Positions 11,914-21,625 of a stretch of 64,000 bases of DNA are shown one piece after another. Numbering within the stretch: the first letter of the stretch is position 1; each line of letters begins with the position of its first letter. The stretch lies in NCBI GenBank assembly GCA_009914755.4, contig CP086569.2, forward strand, positions 23,904,001 to 23,968,000. The letters are read 5' to 3'. The position numbers and the translations under genes were made by a program. Under the pieces are notes generated by a model. That model saw only the letters and a list, made by a program, of their open reading frames with translations, was not told the origin of the DNA and did not search any database. This stretch comes from the human T2T-CHM13v2.0 reference genome, Homo sapiens.

Positions 11914-12445
11914 TGCTGCAGCTACCCTTAAACAGTGAGGGCAGCCTTTTGCTACTACATCAATTTCCTTACCTAGGTATGCCCCTGGTTGTGGGGTTGT
12001 CCCACGAGTCTGAGTAATGACTCCAAGAGCTATCCTAGCTCTCTTTGTGAAGTATAAAGAGAAGTTTTGTCCTGTGGGAAGGCTTAAAGCTGGAGCTTCT
12101 ACTAGGGCCTGCTTTAAGGTTTTGAAGGCTGTTTCTGCCTCTGGTTCCCATTCTACTAGATGAGTATTTGCCTTCTGGGTTTCCTTGATTAGAGTATAGA
12201 GGGGCCTGGCTATCTTGTTGCATCTGGGGATCCACAGTCGGCAAAAGCCAGTAATTCCAAGGAACCCCGCAACTGTTTTAATGTTTTAGGGTGGGGATAA
12301 GCCAGTAGAGGCTGTATTCATTCCTTGCTGAGGGCCCTGGTCCCTCTGGCTAAGATTAGGCCTAGATATTTGACCTGCTCTAGGCAAAGCTGGGCCTTCG
12401 ACCTAGACACCTTGTACCCTTGATTAGCTAGAAAGTTCAAGAGAT

Positions 12446-12909
12446 CTAGAGTAGCCTGCTGGCATGAGGCTTCCAAACTGGTAGCCAAAATAAATCATCC
12501 ACATACCAAAGGACCAGAGTGCCTGGACTTGAGAAGTGGCCAAGATCTTGGGCCAGTGCCTGATCAAACAGGTGAGGGCTATCCCTAAACCCTTGGGGCA
12601 AGACCGTCCATGTTAAGTTGGGACATGTGGTTTGTGGGATCCTCAAAGGCAAAGAGGAACTGGGAGTCAGAGTGCAGGGGAATACAGAAGAAGGCATCCT
12701 TGAGGTCCAGAAGCATGAACCATTTTGCTTCCTCTGGTATTTGAGAGCAGGGTATCGGGGTTGGGTACAACTGGATATAGAGGAATTACTGCCTCATTGA
12801 TGAGTCTAAGATCTTGCACTAGTCTCCACTGACCGTTTGCTTTTCCTACTCCTAGGATTGGGGTGTTGCAGGGATGGCTGCATTTCCTTACTGAGCCTTG
12901 AGCTTTCAA
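12446..12909 (-). pseudogene. HERV9 pol remnant: reverse transcriptase (fingers/palm) in overlapping frames, which shows frameshifts
   Basis: The minus ORFs contain [28 protein letters not shown] (MLV [28 protein letters not shown]), [29 protein letters not shown] ([31 protein letters not shown]) and [11 protein letters not shown] (the YVDD catalytic motif). Confidence 0.85.
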
Positions 12910-12943
12910 ATGTTTAACAATATTCTGTAGCCCTTTATTAGCT

Positions 12944-13210
12944 TCAGGCCTTAAGGGATAGTCTTTGATAAGGAAAAGTGGTGGGATCTTTTAAACTGAT
13001 TTGGACTGGGTGGGCATTTTTTGCCCTTCCAAATTGTCCTTCCAATGCCCAGACTTCAGGGTTGATTCCCTCCTCAAGTAGGGGACAACAAATGGGTAAG
13101 TTCTTCCCCATATTCATGTAGATAATAGCTCCAGCCTTGGCTAATATACCCCTCCCTAATAAGGGTGTGGGACTTTCAGGCATAACAAGAAAGGGATGTG
13201 AAAAGACCAA
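12944..13210 (-). pseudogene. HERV9 pro remnant: protease C-terminal part and start of RT
   Basis: The minus ORF contains PLLGRGILAKAGAII, which resembles the gammaretroviral protease LLGRD(L/N)L motif. It lies immediately upstream of the RT on the minus strand. Confidence 0.55.
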
Positions 13211-13961
13211 AGTCTCCCAATTACAACTCAGGAGGTGGGAGAAATACCTGGTAACAGGTTGTCCCAGGATTCCTCAGATGGTAACGGACCTTGAGGACAG
13301 TCGTCCAGGACCAGAGATTAACACTGAGAATGCCGCACCAGTGTCCAGGATGAAGTCAATTTCCGGGCCCTCAATAGTTAAACATACCCGGGGCTCAGTG
13401 TGGGTGATGGCATGAGCTGGTGCTTGCCCGGGGCACCCTCAGTCCTGTTGTTGGATTATCTGGTTGGGGGCTTCTGACCCAGGAAAACTTCATCCTCTGG
13501 GGCAGTGCACCTTCCAGTGATTGTCTCAGTGTAGTGGACATGGACGAGGGGGCAGCTTGTTTCTCATTGGACAATCTTTTTTAACGTGTCCTAGTAAGCC
13601 ACACTGATAACAAGCCCTACCAGGTGATTGGACTGCTCCATTTTCTGTCCTCTCTGAATCACCAAGGTTTGTTTATCTCAGGGCCAGGACTAAGGCTGCA
13701 GCCTTTCTCTGACCTCGCTTTTCCTTTTGGGCCTGTTCCTCTTGGTCCCTATTATAGAACGACGAGGTTTGCCAGGTTTAATAATGCCTCTAGATTTTGT
13801 TCAGGGCCCAGGGCTTGCTTTTGGAGCTTTCTCCTGATAGCTGTGGCTGATTGGGTAATAAATTTATCTTTTAGAATCAATTGACCCTCGAGGGATTCAG
13901 GCGAGAGGGGAGTATATATTCTTAAGACCTCTCGTAGCTGCTCGAGGAAGGCAGAAGGATT

Positions 13962-14643
13962 TTATTCCTTTCCCTGTGTTATGGTGGACATCACTGAATA
14001 ATTCATGGGCTTTTTTCTAATCCTCCGTAGTCCCTCTAGAACACAGGTCAACAGATGTTTACAACTCCAGTCCCCATGATCTGAGTCAAGGTCCCAGTGG
14101 GGATCCATACTGGGGATGGCTTGCTGACCAGTAGGGAATTTGTGCCTTTCTTCAGCTGTCATTCTATCATTTACTGACTAAGATACCAGGTATCTCCAAA
14201 CTCTCAGGCTGCAGCTAAAGCCACATTCTTTTCATTAAAGACCAGGGTTTGATCTAAGAGTAGCATGACATCTCTCCAAGCGAGGTCAAAGGTTTGCCCT
14301 AGACCCTGTAGGACATCTACGTACCTATCAGGATCATCTGAAAACTTCCCCAGGTCTGCCTTGATCTGCTTTAAATCAGAGAGGGAGAAGGGGACATGCA
14401 CCTGGGTTGGGCCAAGTTCTCTGCCCCCTACAGCTTGAAGGGGACATAACCGATTGCCTGGGGGGCGGGTTGTGGTCCTCTGGAGATTTCTTTGCTTATT
14501 TCCTTCTGGGCAGGGGAGATTAGAGGAGGATTATCATTCATAGGAAGGGGAGCTATAGGGAGGCTAGGATATGGGGGTAAGCTGAGAGGTCCTCCTGTGG
14601 GATGTAAATTGTAAGCTTTGCATAGTTGTGTATTCTCCCTCAA
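13962..14643 (-). pseudogene. HERV9 gag remnants: three ORF fragments, including a PPPY-type late domain
   Basis: The minus ORFs are 14428-14643 (...GGPLSLPPYPSLPIAPLP...), 14204-14401 and 13962-14162. They lie between the leader and PR in the order expected for gag. The assignment is by position and composition. Apart from the PPPY-like motif there is no strong motif. Confidence 0.55.
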
Positions 14644-14949
14644 TGAAAAGAAAGCTTGGACATAAGGTATTTCACTCCATTTGCCTTCCCTCTTACAGAA
14701 AAGGTCAGGATGCAGGATAGTATTGTAATTTCTACTTCCCTCACGTGGCCATTTTTCCCCATCAAAGAGGGAATATTGGGACCAAGCCGTAGTGCAGAAA
14801 AAAAATGAGCCACCTCTTTTTCAGGGTTTGTGGGTTAAATTGGTCCCAATGGTTTAGCATGCATTTCAAGGGTGAGCCTGTTGATGCCTGAGTGTTTCCC
14901 ATCTGAAAGACAAAACCGCCTGCGGTTTTGGTTTGTTTTGTTTCTCCCC

Positions 14950-15266
14950 CTGCCCTAGAACCCGCAACGGTCCCTGGACCCTGCTGATCAGAATAGTTGC
15001 ACTCACCAACGCATCAGCAGAAACAACCCCTGCCCAGGAACCCACAATGGTCCCTGGACCCTGCTGGTCAGAATAGTTGTGCTCACCGACGCTGCAGCGG
15101 AAACACTAGCTTTCCTTCCAGACCACATGGAGGACTGAGGAAGGTCGGTCCTTACCGATGCATTCTCAAAAACCTGCACCCTTGCCTGTCCTCCTAGACC
15201 ACAAAGAGGACAGACTGAGAAAAATCGGATTTAGTGGCCCTTACCGACACATTCTTAAAAACCTGT
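14950..15266 (-). repeat. Two adjacent tandem duplications (about 78 bp x2 and about 80 bp x2) in the proviral 5' leader
   Basis: ctgccctagaacccgcaacggtccctggaccctgctgatcagaatagttgcactcaccaacgcatcagcagaaacaac is followed by a near copy. ...ccttaccgatgcattctcaaaaacctg... is then followed by ...ccttaccgacacattcttaaaaacctg... Confidence 0.6.
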
Positions 15267-16154
15267 TAGAGTCCTAAGCATTCACCTTTTAGTGTTGGGA
15301 CTTTACCCCTGTCCTATACAGATGTTATGCCCCAAAAATGAAGTGGAGGGCCATACCCTGAGGGAGGGAGGGGATCTCCAGGGTGGAAGAGTGACACATT
15401 TTGTCCTCACTTACATGAATAGGAAGGATACAATTTCTGAGGCTCCCCATATCCTAGCTTCAGGAATAGTTTTTGTTAGGCCTATTAGTCGGAGGAGGGA
15501 TCCTAAAATTCCAGGTAGTCCCCACTACGACAGGGCTTTGGGCAAAAGTTATGTCTTTCTGATTGGTGAGCCCAGGTGCCTGAAGAAAGTAACAGAGTCC
15601 TGGACTTTATACTAGAAATCATTCTTATAGGAGAAACTAGAAAAGCACCAGAGACAGGTAACAATTTTTAGAAGGAGGACTAACCTCAGAGAAGAGAGTC
15701 AAGAGGAAGTTTGTGTGGCAAGCATTTGGACACAGAGGGCAAGGGTCAGGGATAGATAAGATAGATGGGTGAGTCTCGCTTGGGCGACATGCCTTTGAGA
15801 GTTCCACTCATGGCCGTAGGGTCAACCAACGTGTTGTCGGGACCCCGGAGCTGAATGGCTTTCCTCTCTGTTGACCCTCGGCTGAGCCCAGAAGTACAGG
15901 AAAAGCAGAAGCTTGTTCTAGGCAAACCAACGCTCCCAACTCCGAAGAGCTGGGGGTTGTTAGAGAGCCCATTTCCAGAAAGCCTGACACCCGTGTCTTT
16001 AGTCCGGTGGCCACACTAGTCGCTTTTAGCTGGCCGACAGGTGCCCGATATTTAACCCCCGAATTCTAAGGAAAATAGGATAGAATAGCAAGTGAAAGGG
16101 GTCTGATGGTACTCACTGCTTGGTGACAGGCGACAGTCTCACCGCTTGGCGATA

Positions 16155-16172
16155 GTCCCTTCGTGGTCACCA
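16155..16172 (-). other. Primer-binding site, tRNA-Arg type (minus strand TGGTGACCACGAAGGGAC)
   Basis: Plus gtcccttcgtggtcacca lies 3 nt inside the LTR end (minus ...CCGGACACA ttt TGGTGACCACGAAGGGAC). It is complementary to a ...GTCCCTTCGTGGTCGCCA-type tRNA-Arg 3' end with one mismatch. This is the PBS type of ERV9. Confidence 0.7.
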
Positions 16173-16529
16173 AAATGTGTCCGGAATTGGTGGGTTCTTG
16201 GTCTCACTGACTTCAAGAATGAAGCCGTGGACCCTTGTGGTGAGTGTTACAGTTCTTAAAGGCAGCATGTCCGGAGATTTTCCCTTCTGGTGTGCGGATG
16301 TGTTTGGAGTTTCTTCCTTCTGGTGGGTTTGTGGTCTCGCTGGCTGATGAGTGAAGCTGCAGACTTTCGCGGTGAGTGTTACAGCACTTAAGGCAGCACG
16401 TCTGGAGTTGTTCGTTCCTCCCAGTGGGTTCATGGTCTCGCTGGCTTCAGGAGTGAAGCTCCAGACCTTTGCAGTGAGTGTCACAGCTCATAAAGGCAGT
16501 GTGGACCCAAAGAGTGAGCAGTAGCAAGA

Positions 16530-16535
16530 TTTATT
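16530..16535 (-). promoter_or_regulatory. AATAAA polyadenylation signal of the 5' LTR (minus strand). The corresponding part is missing from the 3' LTR.
   Basis: Plus tttatt within gcaagatttattgcaaagagc, which on the minus strand reads GCTCTTTGCAATAAATCTTGC. Confidence 0.6.
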
Positions 16536-16649
16536 GCAAAGAGCAAAAGAACAAAGCTTCCACAGAGTGGAAGGGGACCCGAGCAGGTTGCCACTGTGGG
16601 CTCAGGCAGCCTGCTTTTATTCTGTTATCTGACCCCACCCACATCCTGC

Positions 16650-17235
16650 TGATTGGTCCATTTTAGAGAGAGCCGATTGGTCTGTTTTACAGAGAGCCAA
16701 TTGGTCTGTTTTACAGAGAGCTGATTGGTCTGTTTTGACAGGGTGCCGATTGGTGCATTTACAATCCCTGAGCTAGACGCAAATGTTCTCCACCTCCCCA
16801 CTAGATTAGCTAGATACAGAGTGTCGATTGGTGTATTTACAAACCCTGAGCTAGACACAGAGTGCTGATTGGTGCATTTACAAACCTTGAGCTAGATACA
16901 GAGTGCCGACTGGTGCATTCACAATCCCTTAGCTAGACATAAAGATTTTCCAAGTCCCCACCAGATTAGCTAGATACAGAGCTCTGATTTGGTGCATTTA
17001 CAAACCTTGAGCTAGACACAGAGTGTGGACTGGTGCAGTCACAATCCCTTAGCTGGACATAAAGATGCTCCAAGTCCCCACCAGATTAGCTAGATACAGA
17101 GTGTCGGTTGGTGCATCCACAAACCCTGAGCTAGACAAAGGGTGCTGACTGGTGTGTTCACAAACCTTGAGCTAGACACAGAGTGCTCATTGGTGCACTC
17201 ACAATCCCTTAGCTAGACACAAAGGTTCTCCAAGT
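16650..17235 (-). promoter_or_regulatory. ERV9 U3 tandem enhancer repeats of the 5' LTR (about 14 units, fewer than in the 3' LTR)
   Basis: The same about 40-bp units as 9030-9900. A hand count gives about 8 intact ATTGG copies. The array is about 580 bp here and about 870 bp in the 3' LTR. Confidence 0.6.
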
Positions 17236-17407
17236 CCCCACTAGATTCAGGAGCCCAGCTGGCCTCACCCAGTGGATTTCACACCGGGAGGCAGGTGGAG
17301 CTGCCCACCAGTCCCTCACCATGCACCCACACTCCTCAGCCCTTGAGTGGTCAATGGGACCGGGTGCCCTTGAACAGGGGGCGGTGCTCACTGGGGAGGC
17401 TCAGGCC

Positions 17408-17525
17408 AGGCAGGAACCCATGGTGGGGAGGGGGGGTGATGGCGGGGACTGAGGGGGGTGGCAGGAGGGATTGGGTGGGTGGGAGCGGTTGGGGGGGGCG
17501 GTTTTGTGAGGACAGCGGCGGAGGG
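17408..17525 (-). repeat. G-rich (plus) or C-rich (LTR sense strand) insertion of about 115 bp, present only in the 5' LTR
   Basis: gggagggggggtgatggcggggactgaggggggtggcaggagggattgggtgggtgggagcggttggggggggcggttttgtgaggacagcggcggagggcgggcggcggtacgggtg. It lies between cccatggtgg and agcctcaggcatgg. In the 3' LTR (10111-10135) these two motifs are nearly adjacent. Confidence 0.75.
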
Positions 17526-18181
17526 CGGGCGGCGGTACGGGTGTGGAGCCTCAGGCATGGGGGGCTGCACGTCTGGAGCCCTACCGCACGGGGAGGCAGC
17601 TAAGGCCCGGCGAGAAATCGAGGGCAGCACCAGTGGGCCAGCCGTGCTGGGGGACCCGGTGCACCCTCACAGCTGCTGGCCTGGGTGCTAAGCACCTCAC
17701 TGCCTGGGTACAGCAGGGCCGTCTGGCTGGCTGCTCCGAGTGCGGGCCTGCCAAGCCCACACCCACCCGGAACTCAAGCGGGCCCGCAAGCGCCGGGAGC
17801 AGCCCCGGATCCCCCCGCCGTGCCTCCCCCTCCATACCTCCCACAAGCGGAGGGAGCCGCCTCCAGCCTCGGCCAGCCCAGAGAAGAGCTCCCATGGTGC
17901 AGCGGCAGGCTGAAGGGCTCCTCAAGTGCAGCCAGAATGAGCACTGGGGCCGGGGAGGCACCGCGAGCAAGCGAGGGCTGCCAGCACGCTGTCACCTCTC
18001 ACTAAGACAGAGATTCTCAAGTTTTTCCAGTTCACAGCTCCCCTAGTATCTCTATAATTTTTTCATGGCACATACAGGTCAAAATAAATACCCCAAAATT
18101 TGTTTATGAATTAGTCAGGCCCAAATAATTTACCAATTATTTATGTCCTGAAAACACAGTGGCCACTTCAGGAAAAAATAA

Positions 18182-18552
<371 letters not shown>

Positions 18553-18703
18553 ACAATTTCTTAATAATGTGAGGTGTGTGCCTGTTGGGCACTGAACAAT
18601 TACTCAGACCTTGGACTCAGATTGGATACTGCCATTCTCATTTCCTATTTCACGTTGATTTTTTTCACAATGCGTCTTTTTTATCATAGCAACTGTCTGA
18701 AAC

Positions 18704-18753
18704 TCAGATACTGTGCAAAACCATCAAAACCAGTGTTTTTGCACAGTATCTGA
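18704..18753. repeat. Perfect 17-bp inverted repeat with a 16-nt spacer (hairpin-capable)
   Basis: tcagatactgtgcaaaa-ccatcaaaaccagtgtt-ttttgcacagtatctga. The right arm is the exact reverse complement of the left arm. Confidence 0.85.
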
Positions 18754-21479
18754 CGGATGTTAATGAGTTTCCTTCAAAAGTCTAAACTACCTTGCAGTGT
18801 TCTGATGTGTTCACTGAGGCACCTCAGAGAGCCTCAGCAACAATTTGAGAACCATGGCATACAAGTCACCATGCTATGTCTAGATATGGCTGTGCTGGAG
18901 GAGTAATGCCTTCTAACCTGCCTAGCAGTCACTTCCTCTGTCCTTTACAGGCTCCTGTGTCATGCCAGGAGGACAAAGGGCTGATGATTTGACCAGCAGT
19001 TTCCTGGCTACCATTCCTCAGCCAGGAGGAACCAAGCTTCCCAACATGAAGCAAAACCAAACCCATTTAAAAAGTAAAGGTGATGATGGTAGGCTCCTGC
19101 ATGTTTTCTGAAATTACCTATATTCCTCTCATCCTGTGCTCACAGGCATGTGACATAGGTAAGACTGAAAACTGGATTGAATTGTGAGGAAAGAACAAGT
19201 TTTCCCCAGCTCCCAAGCACGTCCCATCTGAATACTGGAAACTATGTGTAAATCTTAAACAGCAGGGTGTGGAGGAGAATCCGTTCAAATTAGAGTCGAA
19301 TGTTATGAAGACATCCCAGGATCCTCCTGGGGAAGGAGATCTGAACCATCAGGCACCTGAAGAACTGCTTGGTGGCGAGGTAGTGTCGAGGCATTTCAGT
19401 GTGGTTAGTGCTACACATAGCCTCTATGCAGATGGGTGAGAAGCCTGATTGTCTTTGACTAAGACTGAATTTGGTTCCACTTCAAACTCTTATTCTACTG
19501 CATGGTAGAAATGAAATAGCAGGCAGTTCAGGCTTTCCCATGATGTTACACAAAACAATATGAAATTGCTGCTATTTGATCATTTCTAAACTATAAAAAT
19601 TGCAACTACATATGGCCCAGATGATAATTTGTCTCCATCACTCCCAGGGTTTGTGACAGTCATGATCCCAGGGGCCACCTGGTTTCCATCACCACCCACT
19701 CTGTTGTGCCTCCGAGATGTCCTTGCTCTCCTATGCTCTCCATCACTGGTCCACGAAGACCTCATCTGCCTTAGCCCCATCAGCCAGGGCTTTCTGAGGC
19801 TGGAGTGAATCATCTCAGCAATTCCCACATCTCCCTTGGGTGCTGCTATGAAAGGTCTGTGACAGGAATGAGGCACAGTCCCTTTTCTCAGTGACATTTA
19901 CCAACAGCCAAACTCTCGTGGTCCCTAGTCTCTGTTCTCTCCCGCTCTCTGGAGTGAGAAGAACCAGTTCTTCCAACTTTATTTACTCTTCCAAGTCAAA
20001 TGCTTCTGGCATCAACTTAGTACCTGAACTGTAAGGGTCAGGGTTTTAAGCTCCTGCATCTCAAACCTTTGGTGTGGAAACAGAAAACATGAGTTTCTCT
20101 TCATATTCCCCAGCATCCCTCCTTTTAGACAGCAGATACCTCCCAGTGTAGCTCCAATGGGAGAAAGCCCTTGGGGTGAAAATAGTGAGGAAATCAGGAC
20201 CCGCGCATCACCTTGGTGTGCAGTGGGTGTCTGGCTCCTCTCATGCCTGGGTCTTGTCCAGGTGTGTGGGATGCTCCTGACAGGGAAAGTCCTGACCTCT
20301 CATTTCCAAGCTGTGTAACCCTGGGCAAGCCACTGACCTCTCTCCAAACATCAGTTTCCTCAGGCCCTCAGAGTTAGAAAACATACTGCCAGCAGGCCCA
20401 AGGCTCATCCTGTATGGTCAAATACAGTCAAGCAGAGAGAGAAAAATCTTCTGGATTCAATGCAAATGCAACAACTTCCTGTTGCATTAGGAGTAGCAAG
20501 ACTGGCTGGCTTTCTAAAAGCTTAGAGATATTATTTTTGAAGCTATCTGTGTATACTTTATTCCCTTTCATACATACCCCTCCTGGCTGACCCAAATGAA
20601 AAAAGATACGAAACTCGTTTCTGGCCCGGCTCTTGCCTGCTCAGATGGAATGTGTGGTGATACGCCCATTTTTCCGCTCAGCTGTATTCCTGTTTATTCC
20701 TGTGAACACATGGTCTCTGTAATTGGCAATAATTTTTTTCTTTGGGATATTTACCTTCCTTTTGTGGGACAGCCCAGATTCTTGGGTGGATTCGTTTCCC
20801 ACTGAATTACCAGAAAAGGGCACAATGTGATTGGGAGAACTACGTGGAAGAAAGCTCAGCTCCCAGGCCGTCACACAAGCAACTCTGTGCTCCCATCTAT
20901 GTCAGAGCCTGGGGACTATGAGGAGATTGCAACGGAACATCCTGTCCCCTCCACCAACATTCTTTCCCCACGAAGCAGTGGCATTTTCTTTTGTGTTCTC
21001 ACACAATTCAGACTAGGTGGAGTAGCCTGTACGGAATGACTGGAATGACCCTACTGAGCAGAAGTGTTCCCCTTCTCCCTTGCCAAAACTGTGGGCTGAG
21101 AGAGAACCCGCCTGATAGCCCCCTGCTTTGGAGGTGTTTCTGCGGTGGTCCTTTTAAAAAGGGTGTATTCGGGGCATGGGTTGAAACACCAAGCAAGTGT
21201 AAATCACAGGCTTCACACACTTGCCTTTTGGGAGGCAGGTCAGCTCCAACCTGCAGCAGCTGAGAAAGAATACATAGGGGTCCTTGAGGACAGAGAGCTT
21301 TGTTGATGACCAGCCTTAGGGTATAGGAGAAAGAGAAAGGCCGGAGCAGCCACAGCCACTTCTCTGTGCCCAGCAGTGTAGCCACCCGCCTAGCAATGCT
21401 CCAGCCATGCAGAATGGGCCTGCCTCCTCTCTGCCTTGTCCTGAGGATGGAGATATCTCTGACCTGGAGGTCCTAGGAC

Positions 21480-21625
21480 CTCACTTCCTAAATGTGTGAC
21501 CCTAGATAAGTTGCTTAACCTCTACCGGAACCTCAATTTCATCATCTGTAAAACAAGAATAATCAACCCACCTACCTCATAGGGTTGTTTTGATACTTAA
21601 ATGAGACAAAGCATGTGTCTAAGGG
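21480..21625 (+). mobile_element. MIR SINE fragment
   Basis: ...gataagttgcttaacctctaccggaacctcaatttcatcatctgtaaaacaagaataatcaacccacctacctcatagggttgttttgatacttaaatgagacaaagcatgtg... matches the MIR core. Confidence 0.5.

Larger units (their letters stand above)
9012..18001 (-). mobile_element. HERV9 (ERV9) provirus, class I gammaretrovirus-like, defective. The 5' LTR is at high coordinates and the 3' LTR at low coordinates.
   Basis: LTR12-type LTRs at both ends in the same (minus) orientation. A primer-binding site lies immediately inside the right-hand LTR. The minus-strand ORF fragments run in retroviral order gag, PR, RT and RNase H from high to low coordinates. Confidence 0.85.
16176..18001 (-). 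mobile_element. LTR12 (ERV9 LTR), the 5' LTR of the provirus. It is complete, with U3 repeats, AATAAA and R/U5 units of about 70 bp.
   Basis: The minus strand starts TGAGAGGTGACAGCGTGCTGGCAGCCCTCGCTTGCTCGCGG... at 18001 and ends ...CCAATTCCGGACACA at 16176. The reverse complement of 16190-16500 gives the repeated ..GTAACACTCACCGCGAAAGTCTGCAGCTTCACTC.. R/U5 units preceded by TTGCAATAAATCTTGCTACTGCTCACTCTTTGGGTCCACACTGCC. Confidence 0.85.

Noticed and set aside
16190-17235. Possible SVA element, because of GC-rich VNTR-like repeats next to Alu-like sequence
   Set aside because: The repeat unit (ctgattggtgcatttacaa...gagctagacacagag) and the R/U5 units (gtgagtgttacagctcataaaggcag) are diagnostic of LTR12. 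They are not the SVA CCCTCT hexamer plus VNTR plus SINE-R structure. The adjacent Alu at 18234 is a separate insertion.
17543-18046. 167-aa plus-strand ORF, plus several overlapping ORFs of 100-130 aa at 9963-10635 and 17295-17970, that might suggest a GC-rich gene
   Set aside because: They lie entirely inside the LTR12 U3 regions. They are Pro/Ala/Gly/Arg-rich from GC-rich composition and overlap in multiple frames and strands. They have no start context or homology. They are not coding.
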